Program-made: the position numbers and the translations under genes | Assembly (NCBI RefSeq): GCF_000281045.1 | Contig: NW_008246090.1 | Span: 426,608 to 490,607 of the forward strand | Direction: 5' to 3' | DNA length: 64,000 bases | From: Saprolegnia diclina VS20 | Taxonomy: Eukaryota | Notes under the pieces: generated by a model | Seen by the model: the letters and a program-made list of their open reading frames with translations, nothing else | Told to the model about the DNA's origin: nothing | Database searches by the model: none | In this document: one piece after another, positions 1 through 13,212 of the stretch | Layout: each line of letters begins with the position of its first letter | Position numbering within the stretch: the first letter of the stretch is position 1

Positions 1-131
1 ACCATTGTTCGCAAGCACACGGCCGTCGCCATGTAGTTTGTCGATGATATGCCTCTCTAATAAACGTGCTTGATATTCTCTAGTGCCAAATGGCAAATGT
101 ATCAACTTGACACTTTTTCGTCACCGAGCTA

Positions 132-1469
132 CTAGTACATGCGTTGTTGCAGGCGCGCTTGGTGGCGACGCGCCATGGACGCGGCGGTCGCCACGCGGCG
201 CGTGATCTGGTCGCGGATGGCCTTGAAGAGCGGCTCGGCGCGCTGGTTCGCCAGGCACGTATCCGCCTTGGGGTCGGCGGCGGCCATGGCGCTGCGGGTG
301 CGGCGTGGGCCGACAAAAGAGGGTATCTGCGCTTCGAGCACCTTGGCGCGGGCATCGATCACCTCCAGCGTTAGCATCCCTCCTGGCATAGTACTCTGCA
401 TCAGGTATGGGTCGACGAGGTCCCTAATCACCGAGAGTGAGATGGTGACCATCTTGACCTGCATGTACCGGGCGCGGAGGTAGAAGAGGCTATTGACGTC
501 GCTCGGAAGGTACTGCCCGCGGCTACCACAGAGCACCGACGACGACGTGTTCGAAACGAGCGTTTCTGCCCACGGCGAAAATGCGTATGGCATCTGGACC
601 AACTCGAGCGAGAGCCACAGCAGCTCCTGCGTCCCTTTCGAGAACGGGATGCGGTATCGCGTGTCACGCAAAAGGTGCCACAGCACAGGAAAGGCGTCCG
701 CGATTCGAACTTTGTGCAGCGCCAGCATCGACAAATCTTGCTCGACGCTCGAGTGGCCGTGCCAGGCCAAGGACGCTTCTAGCGCCGGCGACGGCTCTCC
801 CGTCGGTAGCCGAAAGAGGCCGTACTCAAAGTGCTCCATGAGTCGGTGGAGATGCGTGCTCTTGGCGTGGCGGCGGACGTGGCCCGTGAGATAGGCATCG
901 GCAAGCACTTCGCGCTCGTAAAAGAAGCGCGTGCCCGTCTCGGCGTACGCGGGCGACGACCAGAGCAGACTCGGGTCGGCAAACACAACGTTGCCAGCGT
1001 CCAGAACGATGACGTGCTCGATGGGCGCGTGGAGCAGCGCTAACAACGTGAGCGCTTCGCCATGGTACGATGCCGCGTCCCGCGCGGTGAGCAGGCCAAA
1101 CGAGATCAAGTCGGCGCAGGCATCGTAGACGACCACGTCGAGCTCCCGCAGTAGCTCACGCGAGATTGGCGACAGCGCCCCCATGCAGTGGTAAGCAAAG
1201 ATGGCATCGCGACTCCCGAGCGTGCGCAGCTCTTTCACCAGCGACAGCCCGAGCGGCAGCGTGGCGTCCGTGAGGCAGACAAGCAGGCCGCGATGCGTGG
1301 CTTGTCGCAGGCCATGCCGCTGCAGCACGCGCGCCTGCAGCCGGCGGTAGTCGAGCACGTCGTAGCGGTAATAACACTCGTACAGCAGCACGTGCAGCAG
1401 CAGCATGCTGCAGAGCGCGAGCGCGCCAAAGTACACGCAGTACCCGAGCGTCGACCGGACCTTGACCAT
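132..1469 (-). CDS. Type II membrane alpha-mannosyltransferase-like protein (GT71/Mnn-like), intronless
   Basis: 445-aa ORF with N-terminal TM helix and GT71-like motifs (ELRTLG, IVLDAGNVVFADPSLLWSSPAYAETGTRFFYER, EQDLSMLALHK, GTQELLWL, LCG). Confidence 0.75.
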   Translation of the reverse strand: MVKVRSTLGYCVYFGALALCSMLLLHVLLYECYYRYDVLDYRRLQARVLQRHGLRQATHRGLLVCLTDATLPLGLSLVKELRTLGSRDAIFAYHCMGALSPISRELLRELDVVVYDACADLISFGLLTARDAASYHGEALTLLALLHAPIEHVIVLDAGNVVFADPSLLWSSPAYAETGTRFFYEREVLADAYLTGHVRRHAKSTHLHRLMEHFEYGLFRLPTGEPSPALEASLAWHGHSSVEQDLSMLALHKVRIADAFPVLWHLLRDTRYRIPFSKGTQELLWLSLELVQMPYAFSPWAETLVSNTSSSVLCGSRGQYLPSDVNSLFYLRARYMQVKMVTISLSVIRDLVDPYLMQSTMPGGMLTLEVIDARAKVLEAQIPSFVGPRRTRSAMAAADPKADTCLANQRAEPLFKAIRDQITRRVATAASMARRHQARLQQRMY

Positions 1470-1556
1470 GGTTTGGTGCTGGCGGATTGCGGCCAGCGTA
1501 TCCGGAAACTAGGTACGTTTTACGGATGCCATGTGGGCAATAAGGCTTCATAATTC

Positions 1557-4256
1557 TTAGGCGATTTTAATTTCATAGGCCGCGCTGGACGGATACCACG
1601 ATGCGCCGCTGTCCAGCGGAGCCCGCCGGACGAGCGACTTGGCAGATAGAGACGGCAAAGCGCTCGGCCTCTCTGCAAGCCAGCTGAGAAGGCCCTTGAA
1701 GACGTCCCGGGCGCCTATGAGATTGCGCATCGAGACGCGCTCGGCGGTGGCATGCGATGATGGACCGACGCCCAAGTGCACACAAGGGGCCTCAAAATGG
1801 GCCTTGAGCACGGTCGTGATCTATTGCAACCTCAAGCTTTGCCTCCGCGACTGCAAACGTACCTTGGAGGCCGACATTGCGGGCTGCAGGGACGGCGGGG
1901 TCCGCCACACTTTCTCGAGTTCGCGTCGCGCCGCTTCGAGATGGACCTACGCCGAGCAGGTCAGCCAGTATGACGACGCGTGCATGAGTGCACCATATTC
2001 GGGTCCTCGCACCACCACGGGATGTTAGCAGTAACAGTCGCGCGCAAACGATTACTCGTGGGCAGTGTCTTGAACATGGCTCGCACGTGCTGCAGCACGC
2101 GCTCCGCCGTCGTCTTGGGCTCCTGGGGCGGAACCGTGTGCAGTGTCAGCTTCGTCGTAGCCGAGCGCGCGAGCACGGACGCATTGTCGAGCGACGCCAG
2201 AAGTGACGTTATCCTTGGTGCGGGCGCAACAAACGCATTAGGTGCTGTCACGTCATAGAAAGCCGGGTCGGTGAAGCGGCCCGATGACGGGTCCACGAGG
2301 CGATGAACAAGCGCGACAAGGTCCAGCATCGGCTCTCGGACCGCGCCACCGTGGAAGCCGCCATGGCAGTCCATACTCGGACCGTCGACAGAGATGGCCA
2401 CGTCCAGCCGACCCGGCATCGCGTACGGTACGCTTGGCGTCGCGTCGTCGTGCCACGTATTTTCCAGAATCCACACCACGTCAATAGAGCCAAGAGTGCT
2501 CTTTTGATCGGCAATGGCATCGTAAAAGCCCCGCAGTTGATGGTCGCCGTGGAGTAGGAAGATGACGTTGGGCAAAGCGGCGCCGTCGGCGACATGCTCC
2601 CGCACGGCGGCGAGGGCAGCCACCACAGGACCTTTTCCATACGCCACTCCACTACCGTAGAGATAGCCGTCTTGACCGCGCAGTGAGAAGGCATCTGCCT
2701 CTGCTGCGTCGACATCACTACGCTCCCACGGTTAGCCAAACGTTGGAGGATGTCCGATGACGTACTAGTGGCCGCAAATGAGCACTGTGGGCTTGGTCGG
2801 GTCGTTCCCAAGCTTGCCAATCACGATCGGGTTGATGTTCGGACCGCAGTGCACCAGTCGGCACTCGGCGCCGAGCTGCCGCAGCAAACCCTACGCTCTT
2901 TTGGTCAAGACAGCGCAAACGTGGTGTCGGTACCTTGACAAACTTGGCGGCCAGCCAGCAATCATCGACTAACTGCGGGTCGACGCTGACGCTCGGGATG
3001 CTCACAAACTTGCGCAAGAGGTGGATCATGGACGCGTCCGACGTCTGCTTGTTGTACATGGCGCTGACGCTCATGAGACTCGAGTCCATCTTGAGCTTCT
3101 GCGGTCGCGCCGGTCCTTGGCTCTCATTCGTATTCGAGTTGGTGTTGGTCGAGTTGGTCGTGTTGGAAGACGGGCGCATGTTGGAGATGAAGTCAATGTC
3201 CCACACCTTGACGGTGCTGTCCTCGGACGCGCTAAAGACAAACATCTCGGTGCTGAGAATGCTCGAGACGCCGCCGCGGTGCCCATGCAGCGTGTGCACG
3301 CACGCGAGCGACTGCGTGTTCCAGATGCGCACGGTCTCGTCGGCCGAGCCCGAGCAGATCCGGTTCTTGTCTTCGAGGCTGCACACCGAGAGCACCTACA
3401 TGGCCATTGATACATTGAAAGAATACGAGGACAACGTACGGCTGCGCTGTGGCCCTTGAGAATGCCGTTGCAGCGCATTGTGTCCATGTCCCAGCAGCAG
3501 ATCGTCTTGTCTTGCGAGGCTAGATGGGTCGTATCAGACAATGTGTCGACAATGAAAGAGACTGTACCCGAGAAGAGTTGGTTGCCGACCGCAACGAGGT
3601 CGAGGACGCTGCCGCGGTGGCCGTGCAGCGACGCGAGCACGCTCATGTCGGCCACATCCCAGCACTAGTAACATCATCGTCGCATACAACAGGAGAAGAC
3701 GGCAACGTACGACGATCGAGTTGTCGCTGGAGCACGTAAAGAGGAGCGGTTTCTTGCCGGCGGGCGCAATGTAGCGGATGCCGTAGACAAAGCCGTGGTG
3801 GTTGCTCATGCTCTGCCACTCGGTCGTCGGCGCCAGGATCGCACTCGGCGACGATGCGTAGACGCTGGCGACCTTGACGGTCGTGTCCTGGCAGGCCATG
3901 AAGAGCGTGTCGTTGGTCGACGTCATGGAGAGAATGTGGCCATTGTAGCCCGTGAGCACTTGGACGCAGGCAAAGTCGCGGTCGCCGTCCCAGACGCGAA
4001 GCGTCCGGTCCACGGACGCCGAGAGAAGAAGCGACGTGGACGGCACGCCGCAAAGGCACGTGATCGAGCGGCCATGGCCGCGTAGGCGATGCGTTGGGCG
4101 AAAGGTAGCAATGTCCCAGACGCTAATCGCATTGTCCACCGCCCCAATGCAGAGGCCTGCGGGCAGGAGTGCGATGGCCGTGATGGCGGTTGACTGGCGC
4201 AGGCTCATGAACGGCGCTGTGTCGTCGTTGGCATGACGGCTCGTGCGCTTGTTCAT
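1557..4256 (-). CDS. WD40 + degenerate M20 peptidase-fold protein (Dug2-like), divergent paralog B, spliced
   Basis: WD40 repeats (GHGRSITCL...SASVDRTLRVWD), then M20-like segments (HGGAVREPMLDL, NIPWW, AERVSMRNL) colinear with the + copy. Start taken at ATG 4256. Confidence 0.7.
2715..4000. repeat. Left arm of ~1.3-kb near-identical inverted repeat (partner 5632-6934)
   Basis: Reverse complement matches 5632-6934, including introns, with only a few substitutions. Confidence 0.95.
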
Positions 4257-5243
4257 GCTGCGTCCGACGAGGGTCGTTGGCGACTGACCGGACGCGGCTA
4301 TTTTCGGTGACACGCAAAAAGGATTCTTCTAATTTTGCGATCCCACCCAAGACGCAATGGGTAAAACCCAGGGTAAACCCCGCGCCGATTACATAACCCG
4401 CGCCACGAGAAGAAGCACCGAAGCCGAGTTATCCGCCAGAAGGTGTAGCATCCACGTAGCCAGGATAACACGTCACCGAGACCTTTGACGTCACGAACAG
4501 CTTCACGAACGTCCTGCCCGCCGCCGCCGATACGAGTACGTTTTACTCGCGAGAAAAACGCGTTGGGTTCAAGAAGCCAAGCTGACGACAGAGCGCGATC
4601 GCACTGCGGTGGAGAGAAGAAGCATATCTTTCGTCGCGTCCGCCCGCCGTGCGCCAGCGACCACGGCCCTGTACAGTGATCGGGCAGGCGAGACCGGTCC
4701 TTTAGTGTACCGACCAGTACCGTAGTACTTCTAGCGCCAAGTTTCGTGGCAAGCGACCCGATCGCCCTGCGGATTTTGCAAGTTTACGTGGTGCTCGATC
4801 GATCATCTCTCATTTCTCTCGAGCACCAAGAGCAGTGCAACGAGCTACCGTATCGGGTAGGCTGCTAGCGTCGATAATCATGCACGTGCGACGATCGGCC
4901 AGACCCGATCACGTTGAAGTAAGATAAGTAACTAGCGAGAAAGGGCGCCGGCGTGTCCCTGCTACTAGCATCTCTGCGCTCTGTCCTTGGGCTCGGCCAA
5001 GGCTGCGGCTGCATTGCAGCACGCCTGGGGCCTTACTACTGTACCAACTCCGACTTGTAGTTAGTCGATGCGAAGGCTGCAACACGCAAAAGCCAGCGAT
5101 CGGCCCGCCAAAAAACGTGACACGGGGTCGCCGCGTCCTGTGATTGGGTCGTGCCGCAGTTGGTGCGCTGGACGTCAAAGGAAAAACGCACTTTAACGCG
5201 TACGTTAAACGCAAGTGCAAAGACGCAAAATCCGATTTCAACC

Positions 5244-8224
5244 ATGAAACGCAGAGGGAGCCGCCGGTACAGCGCGTCGCGCGGGATGCCATCGGAAGCC
5301 GAAGAGAACGACCATACGCACCAGGTGCTCATGTACGAGACGCCGAGCGAGATGGCGGCCAAGGGCCTTCCGAGCGTCAACTCGTCCGAGGGCCTCGATG
5401 CGCACAACAACTCGTTCATGACCTTTCGCCACAAGGCGTCGATCACCGCGCTCGCCATCCTCAAGAAGACGCAGCGCCTCTGCGCCGGCACGCAAGACAA
5501 CCTCATTGTCGTCTGGGAGCTCGACGAGTTCACGCCCGCGTACTCGCTGCAAGGCCACACGCGCTCGATCACATGCCTCGAGAACGTACCGGGTACGCAG
5601 GTCCTCATTTCGGCGTCCGTGGACCAGACCATTCGCGTCTGGGACGGCGACCGCGACTTTGCCTGCGTCCAAGTGCTCACGGGCTACAATGGCCACATTC
5701 TCTCCATGACGTCGACCAACGACACGCTCTTCATGGCCTGCCAGGACACGACCGTCAAGGTCGCCAGCGTCTACGCATCGTCGCCGAGTGCGATCCTGGC
5801 GCCGACAACCGAGTGGCAGAGCATGAGCAACCACCACGGCTTTGTCTACGGCATCCGCTACATTGCGCCCGCCGGCAAGAAACCGCTCCTCTTTACGTGC
5901 TCCAGCGACAACTCGATCGTCGTACGTTGCCGTCTTCTCCTGTTGNNNNNNNNNNNNNNNNNNNNNNNNNNNNNNNNNNNNNNNNNNNNNNNNNNNNNNN
6001 NNNNNNNNNNNNNNNNNNNNNNNNNNNNNNNNNNNNNNNNNNNNNNNNNNNNNNNNNNNNNNNNNNNNNNNNNNNNNNNNNNNNNNNNNNNNNNNNNNNN
6101 NNNNNNNNNNNNNNNNNNNNNNNNNNNNNNNNNNNNNNNNNNNNNNNNNNNNNNNNNNNNNNNNNNNNNNATGCGCTGCAACGGCATTCTCAAGGGCCAC
6201 AGCGCAGCCGTACGTTGTCCTCGTATTCTTTCAATGTATCAATGGCCATGTAGGTGCTCTCGGTGTGCAGCCTCGAAGACAAGAACCGGATCTGCTCGGG
6301 CTCGGCCGACGAGACCGTGCGCATCTGGAACACGCAGTCGCTCGCGTGCGTGCACACGCTGCATGGGCACCGCGGCGGCGTCTCGAGCATTCTCAGCACC
6401 GAGATGTTTGTCTTTAGCGCGTCCGAGGACAGCACCGTCAAGGTGTGGGACATTGACTTCATCTCCAACATGCGCCCGTCTTCCAACACCACCAACTCGA
6501 CCAACACCAACTCGAATACGAACGAGAGCCAAGGACCGGCGCGACCGCAGAAGCTCAAGATGGACTCGAGTCTCATGAGCGTCAGCGCCATGTACAACAA
6601 GCAGACGTCGGACGCGTCCATGATCCACCTCTTGCGCAAGTTTGTGAGCATCCCGAGCGTCAGCGTCGACCCGCAGTTAGTCGATGATTGCTGGATGGCC
6701 GCCAAGTTTGTCAAGGTACCGACACCACGTTTGCGCTGTCTTGACCAAAAGAGCGTAGGGTTTGCTGCGGCAGCTCGGCGCCGAGTGCCGACTGGTGCAC
6801 TGCGGTCCGAACATCAACCCGATCGTGATTGGCAAGCTTGGGAACGACCCGACCAAGCCCACAGTGCTCATTTGCGGCCACTAGTACGTCATCGGACATC
6901 CTCCAACGTGTAGCTAACCGTGGGAGCGTAGTGACGTGCAGCCGGCAAGCATGGAAGACGGCTGGGACTCGAACCCGTTCATGCTCACGGGCCAGAACGG
7001 ATACCTCTACGGCCGCGGTACGACCGACGACAAGGGCCCGATCATCGCGACGCTCTTTGCGATCCGAGAACTTATTGCGCGGAGCCAAGGCGGTCGAGCG
7101 ACCGAGACCGAGGGTGATGCCGCTGCGTCATCGACGAAGCGTCCGAAGCTCTCGAGTGACATGCCCAACTTTGTGTTTTTGTACCAAGGCGAAGGCGAGA
7201 ACCAATCGCAGGGCATTCGCGAGACGGTCGAAGACAACTTGTCGTATTTTGGCCCGATCGACTTGGTGTTCATCTCCAACAACTATTGGCTTGGCGACAC
7301 GACACCGTGCTTGACGTACGGTATGCGTGGGTGCCTCGAGATCCAGCTCAAGGTTGACGGGCCGGGCGTCGACCTCCATGCCGGCGTCGACGGCGGCGCG
7401 ATCCGTGAGCCCATGTTGGATGTCGTCTCGCTGTTGAACCGCATCGTCGACCCGACGACCGGACGGTTTACAGAGCCAGCGTTCTACGCTGCCGTGCGCC
7501 CCGTCTCGGAGGACGAGATCGCGCTCTTCGAGTCGCTCGAGTTTGATGTGGACGCGTACAAGCAGACGCTTGGCGTGCCAGCGCTCCTTCCGGCCTTTGG
7601 AAGCCACGGAAAAGCGTCGTTCGTTGACGTGCTCATGAACCGCTGGCGCTTCCCGGCCGTCTCGGTCACGTCCGTGAAAGGCTCGATCGACAACTCGTCT
7701 ATCATTGCCAAGTCGGCGCAGACCGAGCTCACGCTGCGGTCCGTGCCCGACCAGTCGCCGGCCGAGATTGAGCGGCTCGTGCTCGCGCACATTCGCGCGC
7801 AGTTTGATTTGCTCTCGACGACCAACACCTTGTCGGTGACCGTCAAGACCAATGTGCCCTGGTGGCTTGGCGACATCCACAGCGTACGTCTTGTCAACTC
7901 GATCCAAAGCTCATGGTCGATGTAGCGGTACTTTCGGGCGGCCGAGCAAGCGCTCGAGAAGCACTGGAAGAAGAAGCCGATGCTCGTGCGTGAAGGCGGC
8001 ATGTCGCAGGTATATGGTCTTGCTTTCTGCACAAAATGTCGATCGCGCGGTAGATCACGACCTTTCTCAAGACGACGCTCAAGGCGCCGTGCATGCATTT
8101 CCCCATGGGCCAAGCGTCGGACCGCGCGCACTTGCAGAACGAACGCATCCGCCTCCGCAACCTCCGCACGGGCAAAGACGTGCTCGTCGACTTCTTCGCT
8201 GCGATTGCCTCGAGCAAGACTTAG
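5244..8224 (+). CDS. WD40 + M20 dipeptidase-fold protein (Dug2-like architecture), paralog A, spliced
   Basis: N-terminal WD40 repeats; M20 motifs GHYDVQP (across an intron), YLYGRGTTDDKGP, YGMRG, DLHAGVDGG, REGG, AHLQNERI. Confidence 0.85.
5632..6934. repeat. Right arm of ~1.3-kb inverted repeat (contains N-gap)
   Basis: Direct comparison with the reverse complement of 2715-4000. Confidence 0.95.
5946..6170. other. Assembly gap (225 N)
   Basis: N run; its flanks map to 3479-3686 of the inverted copy. Confidence 1.
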
Positions 8225-8445
8225 GTCGCGGGTAGGCCGAAATGCATTAAATATATACACTTTTTGTCTCTCTTTGCTTCAACTTTTCTGTCCTTGGGTC
8301 TCCTTGGGTCATGCTGGGCCACTTTGTGGTGGCAGGAAGCATTGGGCGGCGGTTCGAGCCTCGATTTGGAAGTGAACGTTTCCCTTTTCTCTTTCTCCAT
8401 TTCTCCTTTTCACATTTGCACATTCTCACTGACTAGGAAACAGCG

Positions 8446-10828
8446 ATGCTTCTCAAGGACGTCGGAGGCCGCGACGGGCTGCTGCTCGCTGCGCACACGG
8501 GCGCCGGCGTCGTGTTGTGGTCGCTCGTGTCGGCGCTGCCGCGGGACATCTACTGGTTCTCGCTCGACGCGATGGGGTTGCCGAGCCAGGTGGTCTACTT
8601 GAGCATCCTCCTCACCTGTCCTCCCGTGTGCTTGATGACCCATACGTTGCGTGTCTACTGCGCCAAAGGCTACGGCGTCGGCGTTAGCCTTGGCTCGCTC
8701 TGCCTCTTGAGCCGGCATCTCGACGCGTCACCCGAAACCCACCTCGTGGTATGATCCCGAGGTTTACGATATGAATGGAGAACTCAGTACGGATAGACGG
8801 CGTGTGTCGGCCTCACGGCGATGCTAACCGTGTCCTTGGCGCTGTGGTCGTCTGAGACCAGTGTGGTTTCGATCGATGGCTCCGTGACGCTGCCTGCGAT
8901 GGCGTTGCACGGCCTTGTGCTGGGCAATGCGCTCTTCTTGTGGCTGCGCTCGGCCGGCTTGTCGCTCAATCCGCTTCTCGACTTGCCAGGCTCGGGCTTT
9001 TCGTGCATCCCACTCGCCTTGCTGTGTGGCGTGCTACTGCACACCTATCGTTACCACTGGCACCCCGCCAAGGTCGCAACAACGGCAAGCGCGGCGCCGT
9101 GGCGGCGCGTCCTCGGCTTCGTCGGTCTCAGCAGCCTCTTCTTCTTCACCCACTGGCTCTTTACTGCGCCGACCGCCATTCCTCGCTGGCTCGGCGTCCA
9201 CCATGCGTGGGGGTGCGCCATTGCATCACGACATCGCAGCGCTCACTCACCGCGTAGGTGGCTAGTCCTCGTGACATATACGCTCGGCGTCTTGTGTGCA
9301 CCGGTAGGCTCTACTGCAGACTACAGTGACTAACCAGCATCCATCTAGCTTGGTGGGGCGGTGGCCGCGGCGACGCTCTTTGGAGCTGGCGCAATTGCGT
9401 TCCACGCTTCGAGCTTTCCGGGGCTCTCTCTCTGCGGGGCGGCCGCCATGGGCCTCGCACTGCCTTCGCTCTGGCTTCTGCTTGTACCTGGCACGTTAAT
9501 GGCGTCGCCAGAGATCGGCGCGCCGCTCGACCCCGTTGCTCCCGAGCGCCTCTGCTCAGACCACGAGCTCGGCGTTGCGACGCCGCGTCGCTGTTCGTGC
9601 AGCGTGATGCTTTCGTTTGGGGCATTTCTCCTGTCGCTTGTCTACACGCTCTTGGTTGCACTCACGATCGCGCTCACAACGTACGACTATTTACCGGCCG
9701 AGCTACGGGGTTTCCGCGGCCAGCGCTTTCGCATCTTTTACGCGACGGTCAGTGTCATTTGCGGTGCCGTTCTCGTCTTGCGACCGCTGACACCGACGCT
9801 GCGGTCAACAATGGACCGACTCCGGTTCGTCGTCGGCGCTGGTCTGTGCTGCGTGTGCGCTGTGCCCATGGCGAGTTTCTACGCAGCGTCCTCTGTCTCG
9901 CCCGTACGCTGCACGCACTACCTTGTGTGCAACATCAAATGCGGTGGTCGTCATAGGGCGCGAACCCGCCACCAGTGAGATTGGGCAACGTGACGTCGGA
10001 TCTGCGCCTTGTGAGCTTCAACGTGTACCAGGTACACTGTCCCAAGTTGACGTTTCTGAAGAAAAGACGTAGGGCTTTAACCGAGCCGGTGGCAACAACT
10101 TTAACGCGATTCGATCGATGCTCGATGACTTTAACCCGCACATTGTGGCTCTCCAGGTGGCTGAGAAAGATTGTTTGAGTCGATGTTGAAGGGATGTGTA
10201 GGAGTCGGACACGATGCAAACAGGGTCGGGAAGCTTGGACTTGGCGCTGTACCTGGCGCTGCATCGGGGCATGTACAGCTTTGCTAGCCCCGCGACCGAC
10301 GCCGACTCGTTTGGGTGCACCCTCTTGTCGTCGTTCCCGATTCTGGCCGCCACGGGCATCGTCTTGCCATCGCAAGGCGAGAACGCGTGCTTCCAGGTAC
10401 TTTGTTTATCGACGGGCGTATGAATGAATTGTTCGTAGCATGTGCAATTGAACGTCCGTGGAACTCCACTGCACGTCATGAACGTCCATCTTGGCAACGA
10501 CGGCACGACCGACCGCGACACCCAGCTGGCGCTCGTGTTAGCCCACGTCCGGAACGCCTCGGGCCCTCTCGTCCTCATGGGGGACTTCAACACACGTAAA
10601 GGATCGCGCGCGTATGCCTCTTTGGTGCAGTCGACGCAGCTCCTGGACGCGGGCGACCGAGGCAACTGCGTTCGACCGAGTCCGCACCCGAATACCGGCG
10701 TGCCCATCGAGTACATATTCTTTAGCAACGTGACGTGCGTCCAGTTCGAGTACCCGCAGCGTTATAGTCAACAACAGACTGCCGACAGCTTTCCCCGCGT
10801 CGCCTACATGAACCTTACATCGACATGA
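8446..10828 (+). CDS. Multi-pass membrane protein with C-terminal EEP domain (PGAP2IP/Cwh43-like), spliced
   Basis: Many hydrophobic helices, then LVSFNVYQG, HIVALQESD, LLSSFPI, VMNVHLGN, MGDFN. Confidence 0.75.
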
Positions 10829-11088
10829 ATCAAGCACGTACGTCTTCTTGGACTCTCTTGCGCAAGCAGCGTCGGTTTGGTGCACTCGACCCAACGACGT
10901 TTATGTACTGTCACAGCTACCAAACTCAAATAACTCGAGTCGCAGGACTATGGAGTCCATCCTGTCGCGTGGCAGAATGAGTGCGTGGCAGCACGACAAG
11001 GCGCCGACTCGGAAAGTGCAAACTCGCATGTAACGCCTGATTGGCCGTTGGGTTTTGAACCAATCACGTTGCGGGAGCGAGATCCGCG

Positions 11089-13170
11089 ATGAAGTCTCTG
11101 GACGAGAAGGTTCGGGCGCGGGCCGAAGCCGATGGCGTCGTCTTGGATCTGAGCAACGCGTACCTTGGCGACGACGGGTGCGCGGCCTTGTGCAGGCTCT
11201 TGCGGCAATACCCTGCGAAGCGCGTGCTGGACCTGCGCGGGAACCGCATTCAAGCTGACGGGGCGGTGCACCTCGCGGCCTTTCTCAAGCACAACGACAG
11301 CGTCACGAGCATCAACCTCGAGTGGAATTGCGTCGGCGTCCTCGAGCACGGACTCGAGGCGCTCAGCGCCGCCCTCGCGATGAACACGACGCTCACGCAC
11401 CTCGATTTGCGCAACAACAGCATCGGCCCCGACGGCGCGACGCTCCTCGCTGCTGGTCTCCGCCGGAATCACTCGCTCCAAGAGCTCGACTTGCGCTGGA
11501 ACGACATGGGCTCTGTCGGTGGCCACGCGCTTTCCGAGATGCTGCAGGACAATCATTCGCTTTTGCGCCTCCACCTCATGGGCAACAACGTGTCGATGGC
11601 GACGCTGGAGCTCGTCGACGCGTGTTTGCGGCGCAACCTCAACAGCGTGGCGTCCGCGCCCAACTTGAAAGAAGAGGTCGTCGAAGAGCCAGTAGAGATC
11701 GTGCACGACGAGACGGCATATATCGACGAGGACCGATCGCGCAAGGACGACGAGGAGGCGCGCTTGCTCTTGACGTACATGGCCGAGACGGAGAAGCTCC
11801 AGGAAGAGGTCGCGACTACAAAGAAGCACGTCCACGTCCTCGTACGATCCTATCTCGCAATTTGAACGCGAAAACTCTCATTCTTTTGTAGGAGGACCAG
11901 AACGAAACCAGCGAACGGCGAATACAAAAGCTGCATGCAGACGTCCGCTTGCTCACTGATGACCGCGACCGGTACCAGATGCGCGAGCTTGAAGCGCTCA
12001 AGACCGCCGACGACTACAAGACCTTGTACAATGAAGCCGACGCGCGCCGACGAAAAGAGTATGACGAGTTTGAGATCGTCAAGCACAAACTCGACCAAGA
12101 GCTACTCCGCGCCAAGGACCACGCGCTCCAAGCCGAGCTCAGCCATGAACGCGTCTTGGAGCAGCTCGAGAACGAGCGCAAGGGTTTTGCACGGGAGCGC
12201 GACTACCTCGAAGGCAGCTTGAGCAAGGCCAAGGCGTCGCTGCAGACGGCACAGATCGAGTGCGAACGGCTTCAAAAGCACCTGATGGACGAGCGCAGCG
12301 CCGCAGAGCACAAGCTCGCCGACGCCAGGAGCGAAGGCGAGACCAAAGTGAACCTCGCAAACCGGCGGTTCGATATGCCACGCAAGGCGCGCTCGAAGAC
12401 CAGGTGCGCGGCCTCCAGCACCAGCTCGAGACGGCAACACGCGACGCACTGCACTTGCGCGACGCCAACGATACTCTCCAGAGCAACCTCCTCCAGCTCA
12501 AGCTCGGGCACGAGAAGGACCTCGCGAGCCATCTCGCCAAGATGGAACAGGAGACCCAAGACCGGTTTGAGCGGTCCGTAATTGCGATCGAGGCGCAGCT
12601 CGCCGACGTGCGCAGCATGCGCGTGGCGCTCGAGCGCGACGTCGAGAAGCACCTCGACACGATCGAGCGGCTTCGCAACGACAAGACGCGGCTCCGGGCC
12701 GAGCACGAGACCGACCGCGCGAACTTGGAGCGCACAATAGTAGAGCTCCGTGCGGCAGCGCAGGCTCATATCGAGTCCGACGGCGCCAAAGACCTCGAGT
12801 TCGTGCGCCTCCAGCGCAAGCTCGACCAGACGATGGACCGCATGGCTCATTTGGAAGCAACGTTAGCCCAAGCAACGCTCGCCCACGACGCGCGCGTGGC
12901 GGTGCGTCGCCTCATCTGCTCTCGCTTGCGCACGACTGTGTTTTGTGCTAGGATCTCCAAGCGCGGTATGACGTCGAGCGAGCCAAGGCCGAGGACAGTA
13001 GCATGCAGCGCCTCGAGCTCGAACGTCGGCTACAGAGTGAGGTCGACGCCCTCCGCGCCACGCTCGCCGACGAGCGGTCGGCGGCAGACCGACGACTGCA
13101 AGCGTTTGCAGCGCGCGTGACGCGCTTCGTCGCCCAAGCCGCCGCCAGTGACGATCACGTCGACAAGTGA
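11089..13170 (+). CDS. LRRC45: RNI-like LRR + long coiled-coil protein (LRRC45-like), spliced; frame anomaly near 12375
   Basis: LRRs LDLRGNRI, LEWNCVG, LDLRNNSIG, LDLRWNDMG followed by a heptad-rich region. Confidence 0.7.
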
Positions 13171-13212
13171 ACGCATCCAACGTGGTGTCGTATTCGTATA
13201 TATTCGGAGCGG

